Assembly: GCA_964347045.1 (NCBI GenBank)
Contig: CAYFXC010000014.1
Coordinates: forward strand, 1 to 27,890
Reading direction: 5' to 3'
Source of the DNA: an uncultured archaeon
GTDB taxonomy: Archaea > Asgardarchaeota > Hermodarchaeia > Hermodarchaeales > Hermodarchaeaceae
DNA: 27,890 bases
Positions 17,062-26,172 of the stretch are shown in pieces. A program made the translations under genes and the position numbers. The notes below the pieces were generated by a model. It ran no database searches and was not told the origin of the DNA. It was given only the letters and a program-made list of their open reading frames with translations. Positions within the stretch are counted from its first letter, which is position 1; each line of letters begins with the position of its first letter.

Positions 17062-17685
17062 GTGGAAAAAAACTCATTGAATAGAATGTTGTTTCTCCTT
17101 GGTGCTCTTGGCAGCATGTTACTCGTAATCGAAGCGGCATACTATCTTATAGCCTTTTACTTACCTCTCCCTGACTTCGCCACAATATTTGGATGGTTAA
17201 ATGTCTGTGCACTAATCATGATCGCATTCGCGATCATCAGTATCCGTCGGAAAACAGAAAGATTAGTCCCGCTCCTAACAATTATCTTCCTTTTCATTCA
17301 AGTTGTTTTCAATACCCTAAGACTTCTCAATATCCTTCGACCATTAATGATCTCATTCATAACAGAGAATTTCTTCCTTGTTACTTATTGGCAGCCTCCA
17401 TCCATCCCTGTCACAGCTGATTGGATTATAGCATGGCTTGATTGGATTCTTTGGCTGGGCGCCTTCCTTTTTCTAGGTTATTCAGTGAAGGTCTCCCAAG
17501 AGGATATTGGAGACTTTGCTAGGCTTTCAGGGCTCATTATAATGCCCTGGGGAGTCGTTCAGTGGATATTCCGATTCTTTGATTACGGTTTGGGTCCTTC
17601 AATCTTAGATATAGTTGTGCTTACCGGCATGATTACAATTTTTCTACTAATTTTTTCCTACTTTATCCTGATGATATTAGTTTAA
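17062..17685 (+). CDS. Hypothetical multi-pass membrane protein (about 6 TM)
   Basis: GAGGTG RBS, GTG start and alternating hydrophobic segments. Confidence 0.75.
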   Translation: MEKNSLNRMLFLLGALGSMLLVIEAAYYLIAFYLPLPDFATIFGWLNVCALIMIAFAIISIRRKTERLVPLLTIIFLFIQVVFNTLRLLNILRPLMISFITENFFLVTYWQPPSIPVTADWIIAWLDWILWLGAFLFLGYSVKVSQEDIGDFARLSGLIIMPWGVVQWIFRFFDYGLGPSILDIVVLTGMITIFLLIFSYFILMILV

Positions 17686-18070
17686 CTTAAACGCTTGTCT
17701 ATTTTGGGAAGTAGGGGAAACAAAGTTTGGACTCACCTTTTCATTTAGAGTTGCTTTTTGTTAATGAAATGAGCTCGGAATAGCTTGATACTTTGGAGTC
17801 GAATTGCTTTGGTGATATGACCAACTTTGAGTGTTTTTCGTTTTCTATTTGATGCCAAGGGCGATGGACAAAATTGATGTCTTGTGGCGATTGGCCTCAT
17901 CTAGCGAAATAATACCACCACTGGGCGCGGTTGTGTTGATCTAGTGGTCAATCTGCTTTGAGGGGCGTGTTTCAAAAATCAAGAAAACTGCCTTGAGCGA
18001 TTTGGTGTTCCTTCGCGATTGCTTGGAGTCTCGCTGTTGTGTTTGTGGATTTATTAGCGTTGGTTTGGAG

Positions 18071-18128
18071 GGAAAAGTTTTAAATACTACAAAGTATACT
18101 CATACTACTGATTATACTGAGTATAATC
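18071..18128 (+). promoter_or_regulatory. BRE/TATA promoter with palindromic operator
   Basis: GGAAAAG-TTTTAAATA at 18071-18086, a perfect inverted repeat GATTATACT-G-AGTATAATC at 18110-18128, and repeated ATACT pentamers. Confidence 0.6.
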
Positions 18129-18151
18129 GTTATAAGGGTGTGAGACATACA

Positions 18152-18430
18152 ATGTTTGATGAAGATTTACGTGAACCACTTGAGCCCCCTCATCCACCAG
18201 GAATGCACAAAATGAAGCCCAAACGTGTCCGAATTATCGTGAAAGGCTATATGCGCCCAGACGGCTCCTCATATCATGTTGTTATTCCAAAACAAATTCG
18301 TGAAATGATGGGCTTAGAAGGTGGCGAATATTTCTTGATGGCGGCAAGTCCCAGGCGTGATGAAATTAGTCTCCGAAGGGTTGACTTTTTCGATGACGAA
18401 GATGAAGGGCCAAAACCAGCGAAAAAATAG
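18152..18430 (+). CDS. AbrB/MazE/SpoVT family DNA-binding protein
   Basis: G.SYHVVIPKQIREMMGL.GGEY is the swapped-hairpin signature. ATG 18152 is preferred because the longer ORF from 17993 runs through the promoter. Confidence 0.8.
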   Translation: MFDEDLREPLEPPHPPGMHKMKPKRVRIIVKGYMRPDGSSYHVVIPKQIREMMGLEGGEYFLMAASPRRDEISLRRVDFFDDEDEGPKPAKK

Positions 18431-18654
18431 ATTAAATTGCTGTTTGACCTTTCATTCACCTATTTAATATTCCTCTAGTGGTTTCAAAAGCCAAGATGAT
18501 TGTCAGCAGATAGGAACCCAACGGGTTTCCTTCAATCATTGATGTTTTTGTAATTCAATTTATTGGTGTGATAGCTGAAGATAGGGTTCCTGTTCACCTC
18601 TAGACTCATCTTGATATCAAAGCGCAGAATTTTCAGTAGAACGTGGATTCATAT

Positions 18655-19059
18655 TTAGTCTTTAAGCGGTATAATTGTATACTTAACTTGCTGTAAACCT
18701 CTCATCGCACGGATCCGGCTAACAAACTCTAATACCTCTTCGACGTTACCCTCGGTGATAAAGACCTCAAGACAATGGGGTTCTCCTAGGTGTAAGTGCA
18801 TGTTTCCTGACACAATGTGATTGTAGCTGTGTCGAAGACGGGTAAGCCGCTCATCTACGCCTGGCTGTTCGTGTGCTGAGATTGCTGTGACTGTGGCAGT
18901 AACTCTCCCTCTTTCAAATTGCTCAAGCTCAAATTCTGAAAGGGCTGTGCGAACGGCATCGCGAATGGCTTCTGAACGGCTTGAGTACCCTCGGTCTCGC
19001 ATAAATTTATCCAATTGTTTGAGTAGTTGAGCAGTTAGAGATATACTAATGATTGGCAT
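18655..19059 (-). CDS. nikR: NikR family ribbon-helix-helix metalloregulator
   Basis: IISISL..QLL..LD......GYSSRSEAIRDAVR (RHH). C-terminal H-x10-H-x-H-x5-C (RHSY...MHLHLGEPHCLEV) Ni site. Confidence 0.9.
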   Translation of the reverse strand: MPIISISLTAQLLKQLDKFMRDRGYSSRSEAIRDAVRTALSEFELEQFERGRVTATVTAISAHEQPGVDERLTRLRHSYNHIVSGNMHLHLGEPHCLEVFITEGNVEEVLEFVSRIRAMRGLQQVKYTIIPLKD

Positions 19060-19154
19060 GCTATCACTTTGTTAATATTTGTAGCAATCTTTATTAAATA
19101 TTATTAAAAATCAATTCTGTATTAGCACTACCTTAATAAATGGAATAGTATCTA

Positions 19155-21164
19155 ATGTTTTCAAACAAATTTCAAGCTTATTTGGGGATATCACAAGTGC
19201 AAGATCATCACAGTGAAATCGAGAATAACTGTACTGTTTGTGAGACTAACTACGATTCGGCTACCAATGGGATTTCTTTGTGGCGTGACCCTCGGTTTTT
19301 CGTCATTATTGCTTCTATGGTGTTTTTTATCATAGGCCTTGTTTTTGAGTTTCTGATGGGGCAGATGTTTTTAGCTCTAATCTTTTTTCTAATGACTGCA
19401 ATCATCGCGGGCTATTCCATACTGATAGCAGGAGTTAAAGGATTGGTCAATCGTCGACGATTAAATATTGCATTCTTAATGACGATTGCTGCAGTAGCAG
19501 CGTTTCTAATTGGACATGCTGCAGAAGGCGCTGCAGTACTAGTATTGTACTTCATTGCGGAATTTTTAGAAAGCAAGGCAAAGGAAAATGCACAGCGGTC
19601 CGTCGCTTCGCTGATGAAACTTGCTCCCGAAATAGCAATTGTTAAACGCGGTAGAGTTGAAGTCCGGGTCCATGTTCATGAAGTGCTGGTTAACGAAATA
19701 GTAATTGTTAGACCCGGCGAGAAGATACCTTTAGATGGTATTGTTGTCAAAGGATCGACAAGTGTCAATCAGGCTCCAATCACGGGTGAATCGCTTCCGA
19801 TTACAAAGGATGTTGACGACGAAGTATATGCTGGCACCATGAACAACGAGGGGTATCTGGAAATTCAGGTTACTCGTCTTTCTGATGAAACCGTTTTGGC
19901 GACGATTTTAGCGATGGTTGAACAGGCTCAGAAATCGAAGTCTTCCGCTGAACAGTTTATTGACCAATTCGCTAAATATTATACCCCCTCAGTAGTTCTT
20001 ATTGCGATTCTAGTGGCGATAATCCCTCCTCTTCTTTTAGGTGTCCTTTGGAGCGATTGGGTTTATCGAGCTCTTGTACTTCTAGTGATATCATGTCCAT
20101 GTGCTTTTGCGATTGCGACTCCTGTAGCGATGGTTTCAGCATTGACAAGTGCAACGCAAAGTGGCGTATTGATCAAAGGGAGTCAGCACATCGAAACACT
20201 AGGTCGTGTGAAGGTTGTGGCTTTTGATAAAACTGGAACATTGACTACTGGGAAGTTAGAAGTTACTGACGTCATTCCGTTTGAGGAATCTGAAGAGTTA
20301 GTTCTCCAGGCTGCTGCATCGATTGAAGCTTACTCTGAGCATCCCATTAGTCAAGCCATTCTTTCAAAGGCGATGAATCCTGGATTGCAGCTCATCGATG
20401 TGGATGATTTTTCCGCTATCACTGGATTAGGTGTTTCGGGCACAATCGACGGCGAACAATACTATGTTGGGAATGAAAGGCTGTTTAAAGAAATGGCTAT
20501 AACCTATCCAAAAGAACGGTTTAGCCAACTCGAGAAAGAAGGGAAAACAGTCATTCTAGTGGGGAAATCCAAACGGGCGATTGGTGTAATCGCGGTTAAT
20601 GATACAATTCGTCCAACAAGTACTCGGACCCTCAAAGCATTGAAGAAAATGGGTGTAAAAACGGTCATGGTCACAGGTGATAATTCTTGCACTGCAGAGG
20701 CGATAGCAAAACAACTTGGTATTGATGAATTTTATGCCGAACTGATGCCTGAGGGTAAGGTAAACGTTATCAAATCATTGCAGCAAAAATATGGGTCTAT
20801 AGCAATGGTTGGGGATGGTGTAAACGATGCGCCCGCATTGGCCAGCGCAGATATCGGGATTGCCATGGGTGCCATTGGAAGTGATGCCGCCATTGACACT
20901 GCTGATATTGCCCTAATGCTCGATGACCTTTCGAAACTTCCATATCTATTTCAGCTAAGTAAAAAGACACGAAGTATTGTGCGTCAAAATATTGGAGCAT
21001 CGCTCTTAGTGAAATTCAGCCTTGCCGCTTTTGTATTTCCAGGATTGGTTACCCTTTGGTTTGCAGTAGCAGTTGGTGATATGGGATTATCATTAGCTGT
21101 CATTCTTAACGCGATGCGGTTATCACTAGTAAAACCTGAAGAACACCATAACCAAAAAAGCTAG
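19155..21164 (+). CDS. Heavy-metal-translocating P1B-type ATPase (ZntA/CadA-like, P1B-2)
   Basis: TGES, SCPC, DKTGT, SEHP, TGDN and GDGVNDAP motifs. TM Lys (QNI...VK) and GDMG fit Zn/Cd/Pb exporters. Short N-terminal HH/CxxC segment. Confidence 0.93.
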   Translation: MFSNKFQAYLGISQVQDHHSEIENNCTVCETNYDSATNGISLWRDPRFFVIIASMVFFIIGLVFEFLMGQMFLALIFFLMTAIIAGYSILIAGVKGLVNRRRLNIAFLMTIAAVAAFLIGHAAEGAAVLVLYFIAEFLESKAKENAQRSVASLMKLAPEIAIVKRGRVEVRVHVHEVLVNEIVIVRPGEKIPLDGIVVKGSTSVNQAPITGESLPITKDVDDEVYAGTMNNEGYLEIQVTRLSDETVLATILAMVEQAQKSKSSAEQFIDQFAKYYTPSVVLIAILVAIIPPLLLGVLWSDWVYRALVLLVISCPCAFAIATPVAMVSALTSATQSGVLIKGSQHIETLGRVKVVAFDKTGTLTTGKLEVTDVIPFEESEELVLQAAASIEAYSEHPISQAILSKAMNPGLQLIDVDDFSAITGLGVSGTIDGEQYYVGNERLFKEMAITYPKERFSQLEKEGKTVILVGKSKRAIGVIAVNDTIRPTSTRTLKALKKMGVKTVMVTGDNSCTAEAIAKQLGIDEFYAELMPEGKVNVIKSLQQKYGSIAMVGDGVNDAPALASADIGIAMGAIGSDAAIDTADIALMLDDLSKLPYLFQLSKKTRSIVRQNIGASLLVKFSLAAFVFPGLVTLWFAVAVGDMGLSLAVILNAMRLSLVKPEEHHNQKS

Positions 21165-21799
21165 AATCGACCATAACGAGTTTTTAATTCCTCAATCAGT
21201 GATTCATCAACTTCAAATTTCTGAAAAATATTAGGGGCAATCTCTTTTACAAGCCGAAGCATTTCATTGGCCACTGCTCGAATTTCAAACTGGGCTGTTC
21301 GGTGCAAGCGAAGAGGAAAATATGACTCAAGTAATGTACGTGCGTTAAACGTCGCAATGATGGCAGTTTCAGAACCCATTGGTGCGAGATATCGAGCATC
21401 TTCCATGGAAACACCTCGCCGATAGTATTCGCGATAAAGTGTGTCAGCGGCTTTATGTAATTGCTTAGGATCTTCAGCCGCTTGTATCACTGATGGGGGA
21501 AGAATGATTTTCTTGATTTTAGTACGACGAAATGATTTTTGCAAATAACTGGCAATTCGGTGTCGTACAAATTGGTGTGTAAACACCCTAGATACACCAG
21601 TTATTTCAAAAGTAAACACAGCATGTTCGAGAACTGATGTATGGCCCATCTTTATGACTTTTTTAAGGAATGTTTCCCATCCGCCGCTAGGGATTTTCCG
21701 ATCAAGCTCGTCCCAAGATTCCGAAACATAGGAATACCGTGCAATTTTTGCACAAAGCAATTCTGGATTCTCTGTATAGGCTAGAATTTTGACATTCAT
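21161..21799 (-). CDS. thyX: Flavin-dependent thymidylate synthase
   Basis: GHTSVLEH, SRVFTHQFVRHRIASYLQKSFR (RHRx7S), EDARY and AQFEIR. Confidence 0.93.
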   Translation of the reverse strand: MNVKILAYTENPELLCAKIARYSYVSESWDELDRKIPSGGWETFLKKVIKMGHTSVLEHAVFTFEITGVSRVFTHQFVRHRIASYLQKSFRRTKIKKIILPPSVIQAAEDPKQLHKAADTLYREYYRRGVSMEDARYLAPMGSETAIIATFNARTLLESYFPLRLHRTAQFEIRAVANEMLRLVKEIAPNIFQKFEVDESLIEELKTRYGRF

Positions 21800-22034
21800 G
21801 AATTAGCTTCTCCTTCAATATTGCTAATAGGGTTTGAATAGGTTCATGTGTCTTTAGAAGTAAAAACTCTTTAGGGAAATTGATGTTACTAAAAATCAAG
21901 AGGTTAACTCAACAAATTTTACTTGTTTTTCATTGATCGAAGAATTTGAACTCGATAGAATATTAAAAAATGAGATTTGAATTTGTAGACCCAATTAATG
22001 ATCATCGTTCATTATTCTTTCAAATCATAGGTTA

Positions 22035-23051
22035 CTAAGTCACTCCTGGAAGTTTCGGAAAAGGTGAACATTCCCAAATATGTGAAGATCCACATATGTA
22101 CCGAGTTAATCGTTCCAATCCAACACCAAATCCTGCAGAAGGGGGAATGCCTTCCTTTAACATATCCAGATACCACTCATATTTCAATGGGTCTTCACCG
22201 GTTTCTCGCATCCGCTGGATTACGCCCTCAACGGTATATTCCCGCTCCCCTCCACTCGATATTTCTCCATACCCTCCGGGTAGCAGTAAATCCATTGAAC
22301 GAACCAGTTCGGGATGGTCGGCATCCCGTAGATAATAGAACCCACGGGATGTGGCGGGATAGTCAGTAACCCAGAAGGGTGTACTAAAGCATGTAGAAAG
22401 ATGTTGCTCGGCTTTCCAAGAGATTTCCTCTGTTGAATCTAGAGTAATCCCTTCATTTGCAAGAAGTTCTAAAGCCTCAGTATAGGTTATACGCGGTAAC
22501 CGCCGAGGAGGTAAGGGGAGGGTGCGTCCGAGTTCCACTAATTGTTCTTTGCACTTTTGACGGACGGTTTGGATGACCTCGAACAACAGCATGTCTCCGA
22601 GAGTCATCATGTCGTCACAGGTTCCATGGGCTACTTCTAAGTCGAGTTGGTAAAACTCGGCAAGATGACGACCAGTTTCGCGGCTTGCTGATGGTTCCAA
22701 CCGAACATTGGGAGAAAATGCATACACGCGGGGGCAACTCGCCATGGTCATCTGCTTATACAAGATCATGCTGGTCATCAGCACATAGGTCTTCCCATAG
22801 AAGGGCACCTTTATAGTTCCCGCTCCCCGGATTCCTGGATCGGTTACAGGACCAATGATGGGTGCGAGTACTTCTAAGAACCCAAGGCTGTCCAAAACTC
22901 TTCGAGATACACGAAATATCTCGTGTTGTATTTGGAGAATGGCTCGGGCTCGAGGAGAACGAATGGAACGGTAACGTAATCGAACACCGCTTTCCACGTC
23001 TGAGGCTACTTCGCGTGAGAGCTGACGATGCGGAATTGATTTCATTTCCAT
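22035..23051 (-). CDS. Archaeal-type asparagine synthetase (AsnRS-like catalytic domain, no anticodon-binding domain)
   Basis: 338 aa. SMILYKQ, SPNVRLE, TGRHLAEF.QLDLE, GEISSGGERE and PSAGFGVGLERL motifs. No N-terminal OB fold. Confidence 0.9.
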   Translation of the reverse strand: MEMKSIPHRQLSREVASDVESGVRLRYRSIRSPRARAILQIQHEIFRVSRRVLDSLGFLEVLAPIIGPVTDPGIRGAGTIKVPFYGKTYVLMTSMILYKQMTMASCPRVYAFSPNVRLEPSASRETGRHLAEFYQLDLEVAHGTCDDMMTLGDMLLFEVIQTVRQKCKEQLVELGRTLPLPPRRLPRITYTEALELLANEGITLDSTEEISWKAEQHLSTCFSTPFWVTDYPATSRGFYYLRDADHPELVRSMDLLLPGGYGEISSGGEREYTVEGVIQRMRETGEDPLKYEWYLDMLKEGIPPSAGFGVGLERLTRYICGSSHIWECSPFPKLPGVT

Positions 23052-23089
23052 ACTGACGCACCCACTGCATATAAAATAATTTGAGGATA

Positions 23090-23124
23090 TTAGCTTTTTG
23101 CTAACGGCATAAGCAAAATGCTGA
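23090..23124. promoter_or_regulatory. Two tandem 15-bp semi-palindromic boxes, candidate Lrp/AsnC operators
   Basis: TTAGC-TTTTT-GCTAA (23090-23104) and TAAGC-AAAAT-GCTGA (23110-23124), 20 bp apart, in the divergent intergenic region. Confidence 0.55.
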
Positions 23125-23167
23125 AATATAACAATAATTAAATACTAATATTGGTATTTTGCTAATT

Positions 23168-23611
23168 ATGATTGATAACAAAGATAGAAGAATTCTTCAA
23201 GAGCTTCAACAGGATGCAGATCAATCAGCCCTCAAAATCTCACGAAAACTTCGCCTGCCTCGATCAACCGTTCAGCATAGGATTGACCGCATGAAGTCGA
23301 ATAAAATTATTCAGCGAATCGTGGCTATTCCTGATTATCATCAGATAGGTTTACCTGTAACCGCCTTCGTGCTAGTGACGTATAATCCAGTTAACAACAT
23401 TTCTCAACAAGATGTTGCACGGCTAATAGCAAAATTAGACAATGTGGTTGAGGTTCATGTGGTTGCGGGACAATGGGACCTTATCTTAAAAGCGAGAGGC
23501 GGTTCGCTTCAGGAGATCGGTGAACTTGTAGTGAATCAATTACGTCAAATTCCCGGAGTAGGACAAACTGTTACATCTGGAAGCTTTTTTATCATTAAAG
23601 AAGAACCTTAA
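23168..23611 (+). CDS. Lrp/AsnC family transcription regulator
   Basis: IDNKD.RIL.ELQ.DA......ISRKL.LPRSTV..RI..M HTH, and RAM domain V.EVH.VAGQWDLILK. Confidence 0.92.
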   Translation: MIDNKDRRILQELQQDADQSALKISRKLRLPRSTVQHRIDRMKSNKIIQRIVAIPDYHQIGLPVTAFVLVTYNPVNNISQQDVARLIAKLDNVVEVHVVAGQWDLILKARGGSLQEIGELVVNQLRQIPGVGQTVTSGSFFIIKEEP

Positions 23612-23621
23612 CAGCCGTCCA

Positions 23622-24119
23622 CTAAGCCTCTCTTTGGATTTCTTTAAAGAGTGGGCGAAGTTTAACATAGTGTTCATTAGTTTCAATGTCATCGAAAAGA
23701 GTGTCTTCTAGTGATTGTTCGAGTGCCTGGCGGAGTTGCTGTTTGGCTTGATCTTGTTTTCCAAGCTCTATGAGTGCCCATGCGTGGTTGAGAAAAATCG
23801 TGGGCGTGGGGTTAGGGAGACTTGCAGCTTTGGCATAGCATCGCTCCCCAGCAGTCCAGTTACTTTGAAGTAAATAGAGATATCCAAGGTTGTTCCAGTG
23901 TTGGAGATTCTTGGGATCGAGATCAGTAGCTTTTTCCGCTGCTTGGATGGCCAATTCATTTTGTCCTTTTTGCTGGTAGATATTAGCCAAAAGAGTCCAT
24001 CCATCGACGTTTTGTTCATTGAGATCAAGGAGCTCCCTCGTAAGCTTTTCTGCTCGGTCATAATCTTCGTCACTCAAGGCGATTACAGCTCGTTGAAACA
24101 AATCACTTTCAGGTCCCAT
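23622..24119 (-). CDS. Tetratricopeptide repeat protein
   Basis: Repeated W..LA..Y...G..E.A..A..KA..LDP / WNNLG.LY / N.A.AL..LG TPR units. Start 24131 or 24119. Confidence 0.88.
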   Translation of the reverse strand: MGPESDLFQRAVIALSDEDYDRAEKLTRELLDLNEQNVDGWTLLANIYQQKGQNELAIQAAEKATDLDPKNLQHWNNLGYLYLLQSNWTAGERCYAKAASLPNPTPTIFLNHAWALIELGKQDQAKQQLRQALEQSLEDTLFDDIETNEHYVKLRPLFKEIQREA

Positions 24120-24392
24120 AGCCTGCACCAATCCATATTCTTTCCCGTTTTTCTTCCTCTTAAATGGCTCTTAATGGTTTAACAGTATTATTAAATATCA
24201 ATTTTTAGAAGCTCTCATAATGGCTTGAAATATGTTTTCAACCGGCCTTTGCCTCCATAGGGAGCAGCTTTCGATCAATCATTCATTTGCAACACGCTCT
24301 CTTTTGACGCTTAGATTATTTTGATGGTTTATGGGCTCTAGCCGTTTAGATTTGTCGCTTATAAATGAGAGATGATATTCATTATACCGTGG

Positions 24393-24710
24393 TTAATCCA
24401 TTTTGATGCCGTAGATGGCTAGGGAGTCTTCCATGGTCATGAGGGGTTCGATGAGCGCTTTCACGCCCTCAATGGGTAAATATTGGGCGACGATTTTGTA
24501 GATGTAGCGCAGTCCGTCAGCAACTTTGTCGTCATCGATTTCCCAGATGGAATAGGATTTGACGTTCTTTTTGAGGACGTTGAAGATGTGGAGTTGTTTG
24601 ACGTATTTGGGGCCTTTTGTCGCTAAATCGGATTGGCTGACGGTCATGAATTTCTTGGCGATTTCCTCCCCTTTATGGGGTGGTAACTTGAACGTAAGCA
24701 TAAAGTACAT
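24393..24710 (-). CDS. Small hypothetical protein (alpha/beta, DUF3303-like)
   Basis: MYFML.FK.PP.K.EEIAKKF...IEG....IEPLMT.EDSL. GGAGG RBS upstream and strongly C-ending codon usage. Confidence 0.75.
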   Translation of the reverse strand: MYFMLTFKLPPHKGEEIAKKFMTVSQSDLATKGPKYVKQLHIFNVLKKNVKSYSIWEIDDDKVADGLRYIYKIVAQYLPIEGVKALIEPLMTMEDSLAIYGIKMD

Positions 24711-24958
24711 ACCATTATCTGCCTCCAACTAGTTGCGTCACTTTACCAGGTATATCTGGCAAAGTGGCGTCTCTCTTTATGTTGCTGCTCTTTAAATAAC
24801 TAATGAGGCAGAGCAGGTTAGTCGCCTTTTTGGTCTGCCCGAACTTCGTAGTGCTGGAAATGAGAATCAAACCGTAACAGCAGGGCTCCTTGGGTTTACG
24901 GTGAAATGCGGAGTCCATTCATGAATTTCTCCCCCGAAAAAGATTGCTTAGAATAATC

Positions 24959-25003
24959 GAAAAAATTTGGGAAGGAACCCTTTTCGAAGAAAAGAAGGGT
25001 CCG
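24959..25003 (-). terminator. Possible hairpin plus T-tract terminator of the 25115-25522 gene
   Basis: Minus strand reads ACCCTT...AAGGGT as a stem, followed by a T6 run. Confidence 0.35.
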
Positions 25004-25114
25004 TTTAGGTGAAACAAAAGCATTCATGTACCCAAAAGGCACCCATAAGTGAAAAGGAAAATTCATCATCATAATTACAATCAGTTCTAAGATGCGTTTC
25101 CCGTTTTTTCATCT

Positions 25115-25522
25115 TTATTTGTCGTCTTCGATATCGCGTTTATCCAATCCTCTCATTTGACGATAACGCCTATACCGCTCTTGGTCCATACGATCGAAGC
25201 GTTTCTTGAATTCTCGTTTCAAGAATGATCGCATAAAATAATATGTCAAACCTACTGTAAATCCAACTCCAATACTCACCCATATTAGAATTACAGCAAA
25301 CATGAAAATTCCAAGCGCAATTGTATGAAGACCCATTTGCCCCAAGAGATAGCTTACTCCAACAAGGATAAGGCTAACAATAAGTAATCCAACAAATAGA
25401 AAGATAATATCACGTGTTCGAGAACGTTGGGAGTGGCTATCACCTTCTCTGCTTGGAATTCGTCTTGGAGGACGATAATACTGGATATCATTAGAAGTCA
25501 CATATTTCACCGAGACCTTCAA
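25115..25522 (-). CDS. Hypothetical 2-TM membrane protein with basic flanks
   Basis: Two hydrophobic helices flanked by Arg-rich segments. GGGTGG precedes the TTG start. Confidence 0.65.
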   Translation of the reverse strand: MKVSVKYVTSNDIQYYRPPRRIPSREGDSHSQRSRTRDIIFLFVGLLIVSLILVGVSYLLGQMGLHTIALGIFMFAVILIWVSIGVGFTVGLTYYFMRSFLKREFKKRFDRMDQERYRRYRQMRGLDKRDIEDDK

Positions 25523-25683
25523 TCCACCCGCACAATGAAATGTTAAATTTATTTGGGTAGCGGATTTTTCACTTCAATTCTAATTATATTTCAAAATTTC
25601 TCTGTTTTTTCTCCTACACGAAAGCCTTTTCTAGACATTCAATACAAGAAATGACAACCTCGCTTTTTGGAGGCTGATAAACG

Positions 25684-26028
25684 TTGGCTTACGAAAATTA
25701 TGTTAAACTATTGAGCTTTTGGGGTTCAATTATTGCTATTATTGCTGCATTAATTGCGATTGCATTTTATAGTGTTTCAATTGCACTGGCTGGAATCTGG
25801 GCTGTCTTTCTTCTCCCAAGTTACATGCTTAACATTGTCCTAGAGATAATTGCTTTAATTGCAGCTTTCTTGGTGTGGCGCAAGTATGTTCCAATGCTCG
25901 AAGCAAATTACCAGGCAACTTGGATTCCATTAATAATCTTGGGAATCCTTTCCTGGGCTGCCATTGGTGGTATTCTCATCTTCATTGCTGGAATCTTGGT
26001 GGTTCTAGACAAAGAAGGAGTGAAGTGA
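25684..26028 (+). CDS. Small multi-TM membrane protein (paralog 1)
   Basis: GGAGG RBS, TTG start, ends GGILIFIAGILVVLD. Confidence 0.75.
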   Translation: MAYENYVKLLSFWGSIIAIIAALIAIAFYSVSIALAGIWAVFLLPSYMLNIVLEIIALIAAFLVWRKYVPMLEANYQATWIPLIILGILSWAAIGGILIFIAGILVVLDKEGVK

Positions 26029-26061
26029 AAGCAGAGAATTTAGCGGAATTTAACTATCGAG

Positions 26062-26105
26062 GAAACTAGCGAAAAATCCGCTAGTTTCTTCTTTCTTTTT
26101 TTCTT
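26062..26105 (+). terminator. Hairpin plus T-rich terminator between the tandem membrane genes
   Basis: GAAACTAGCG-AAAAATC-CGCTAGTTTC (perfect 10-bp stem) followed by a T-rich run. Confidence 0.7.
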
Positions 26106-26172
26106 CAGGGTATGCAATTAATCGACTCTAAATTGAATAACAATTTATAGCATTGAGAGGAAGGGTTGTTAT

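Noticed and set aside
17993-18151. N-terminal extension of the AbrB-type ORF
   Set aside because: It runs through the TATA box and palindrome; ATG 18152 is the more plausible start.
18510-18595. GGAACCC/GGGTTCC inverted repeats between convergent genes as a MITE
   Set aside because: Too short, with no target-site duplication; more simply a terminator-type hairpin.
22035-23051. Asparaginyl- or aspartyl-tRNA synthetase
   Set aside because: It lacks the anticodon-binding domain, and the motifs fit the archaeal asparagine synthetase paralog.
24800-24950. Known riboswitch (fluoride, TPP, c-di-GMP) upstream of the small gene
   Set aside because: Short stems exist (e.g. ACCGTAA...TTACGGT), but no consensus core was matched and the segment lies upstream of the likely TATA box.
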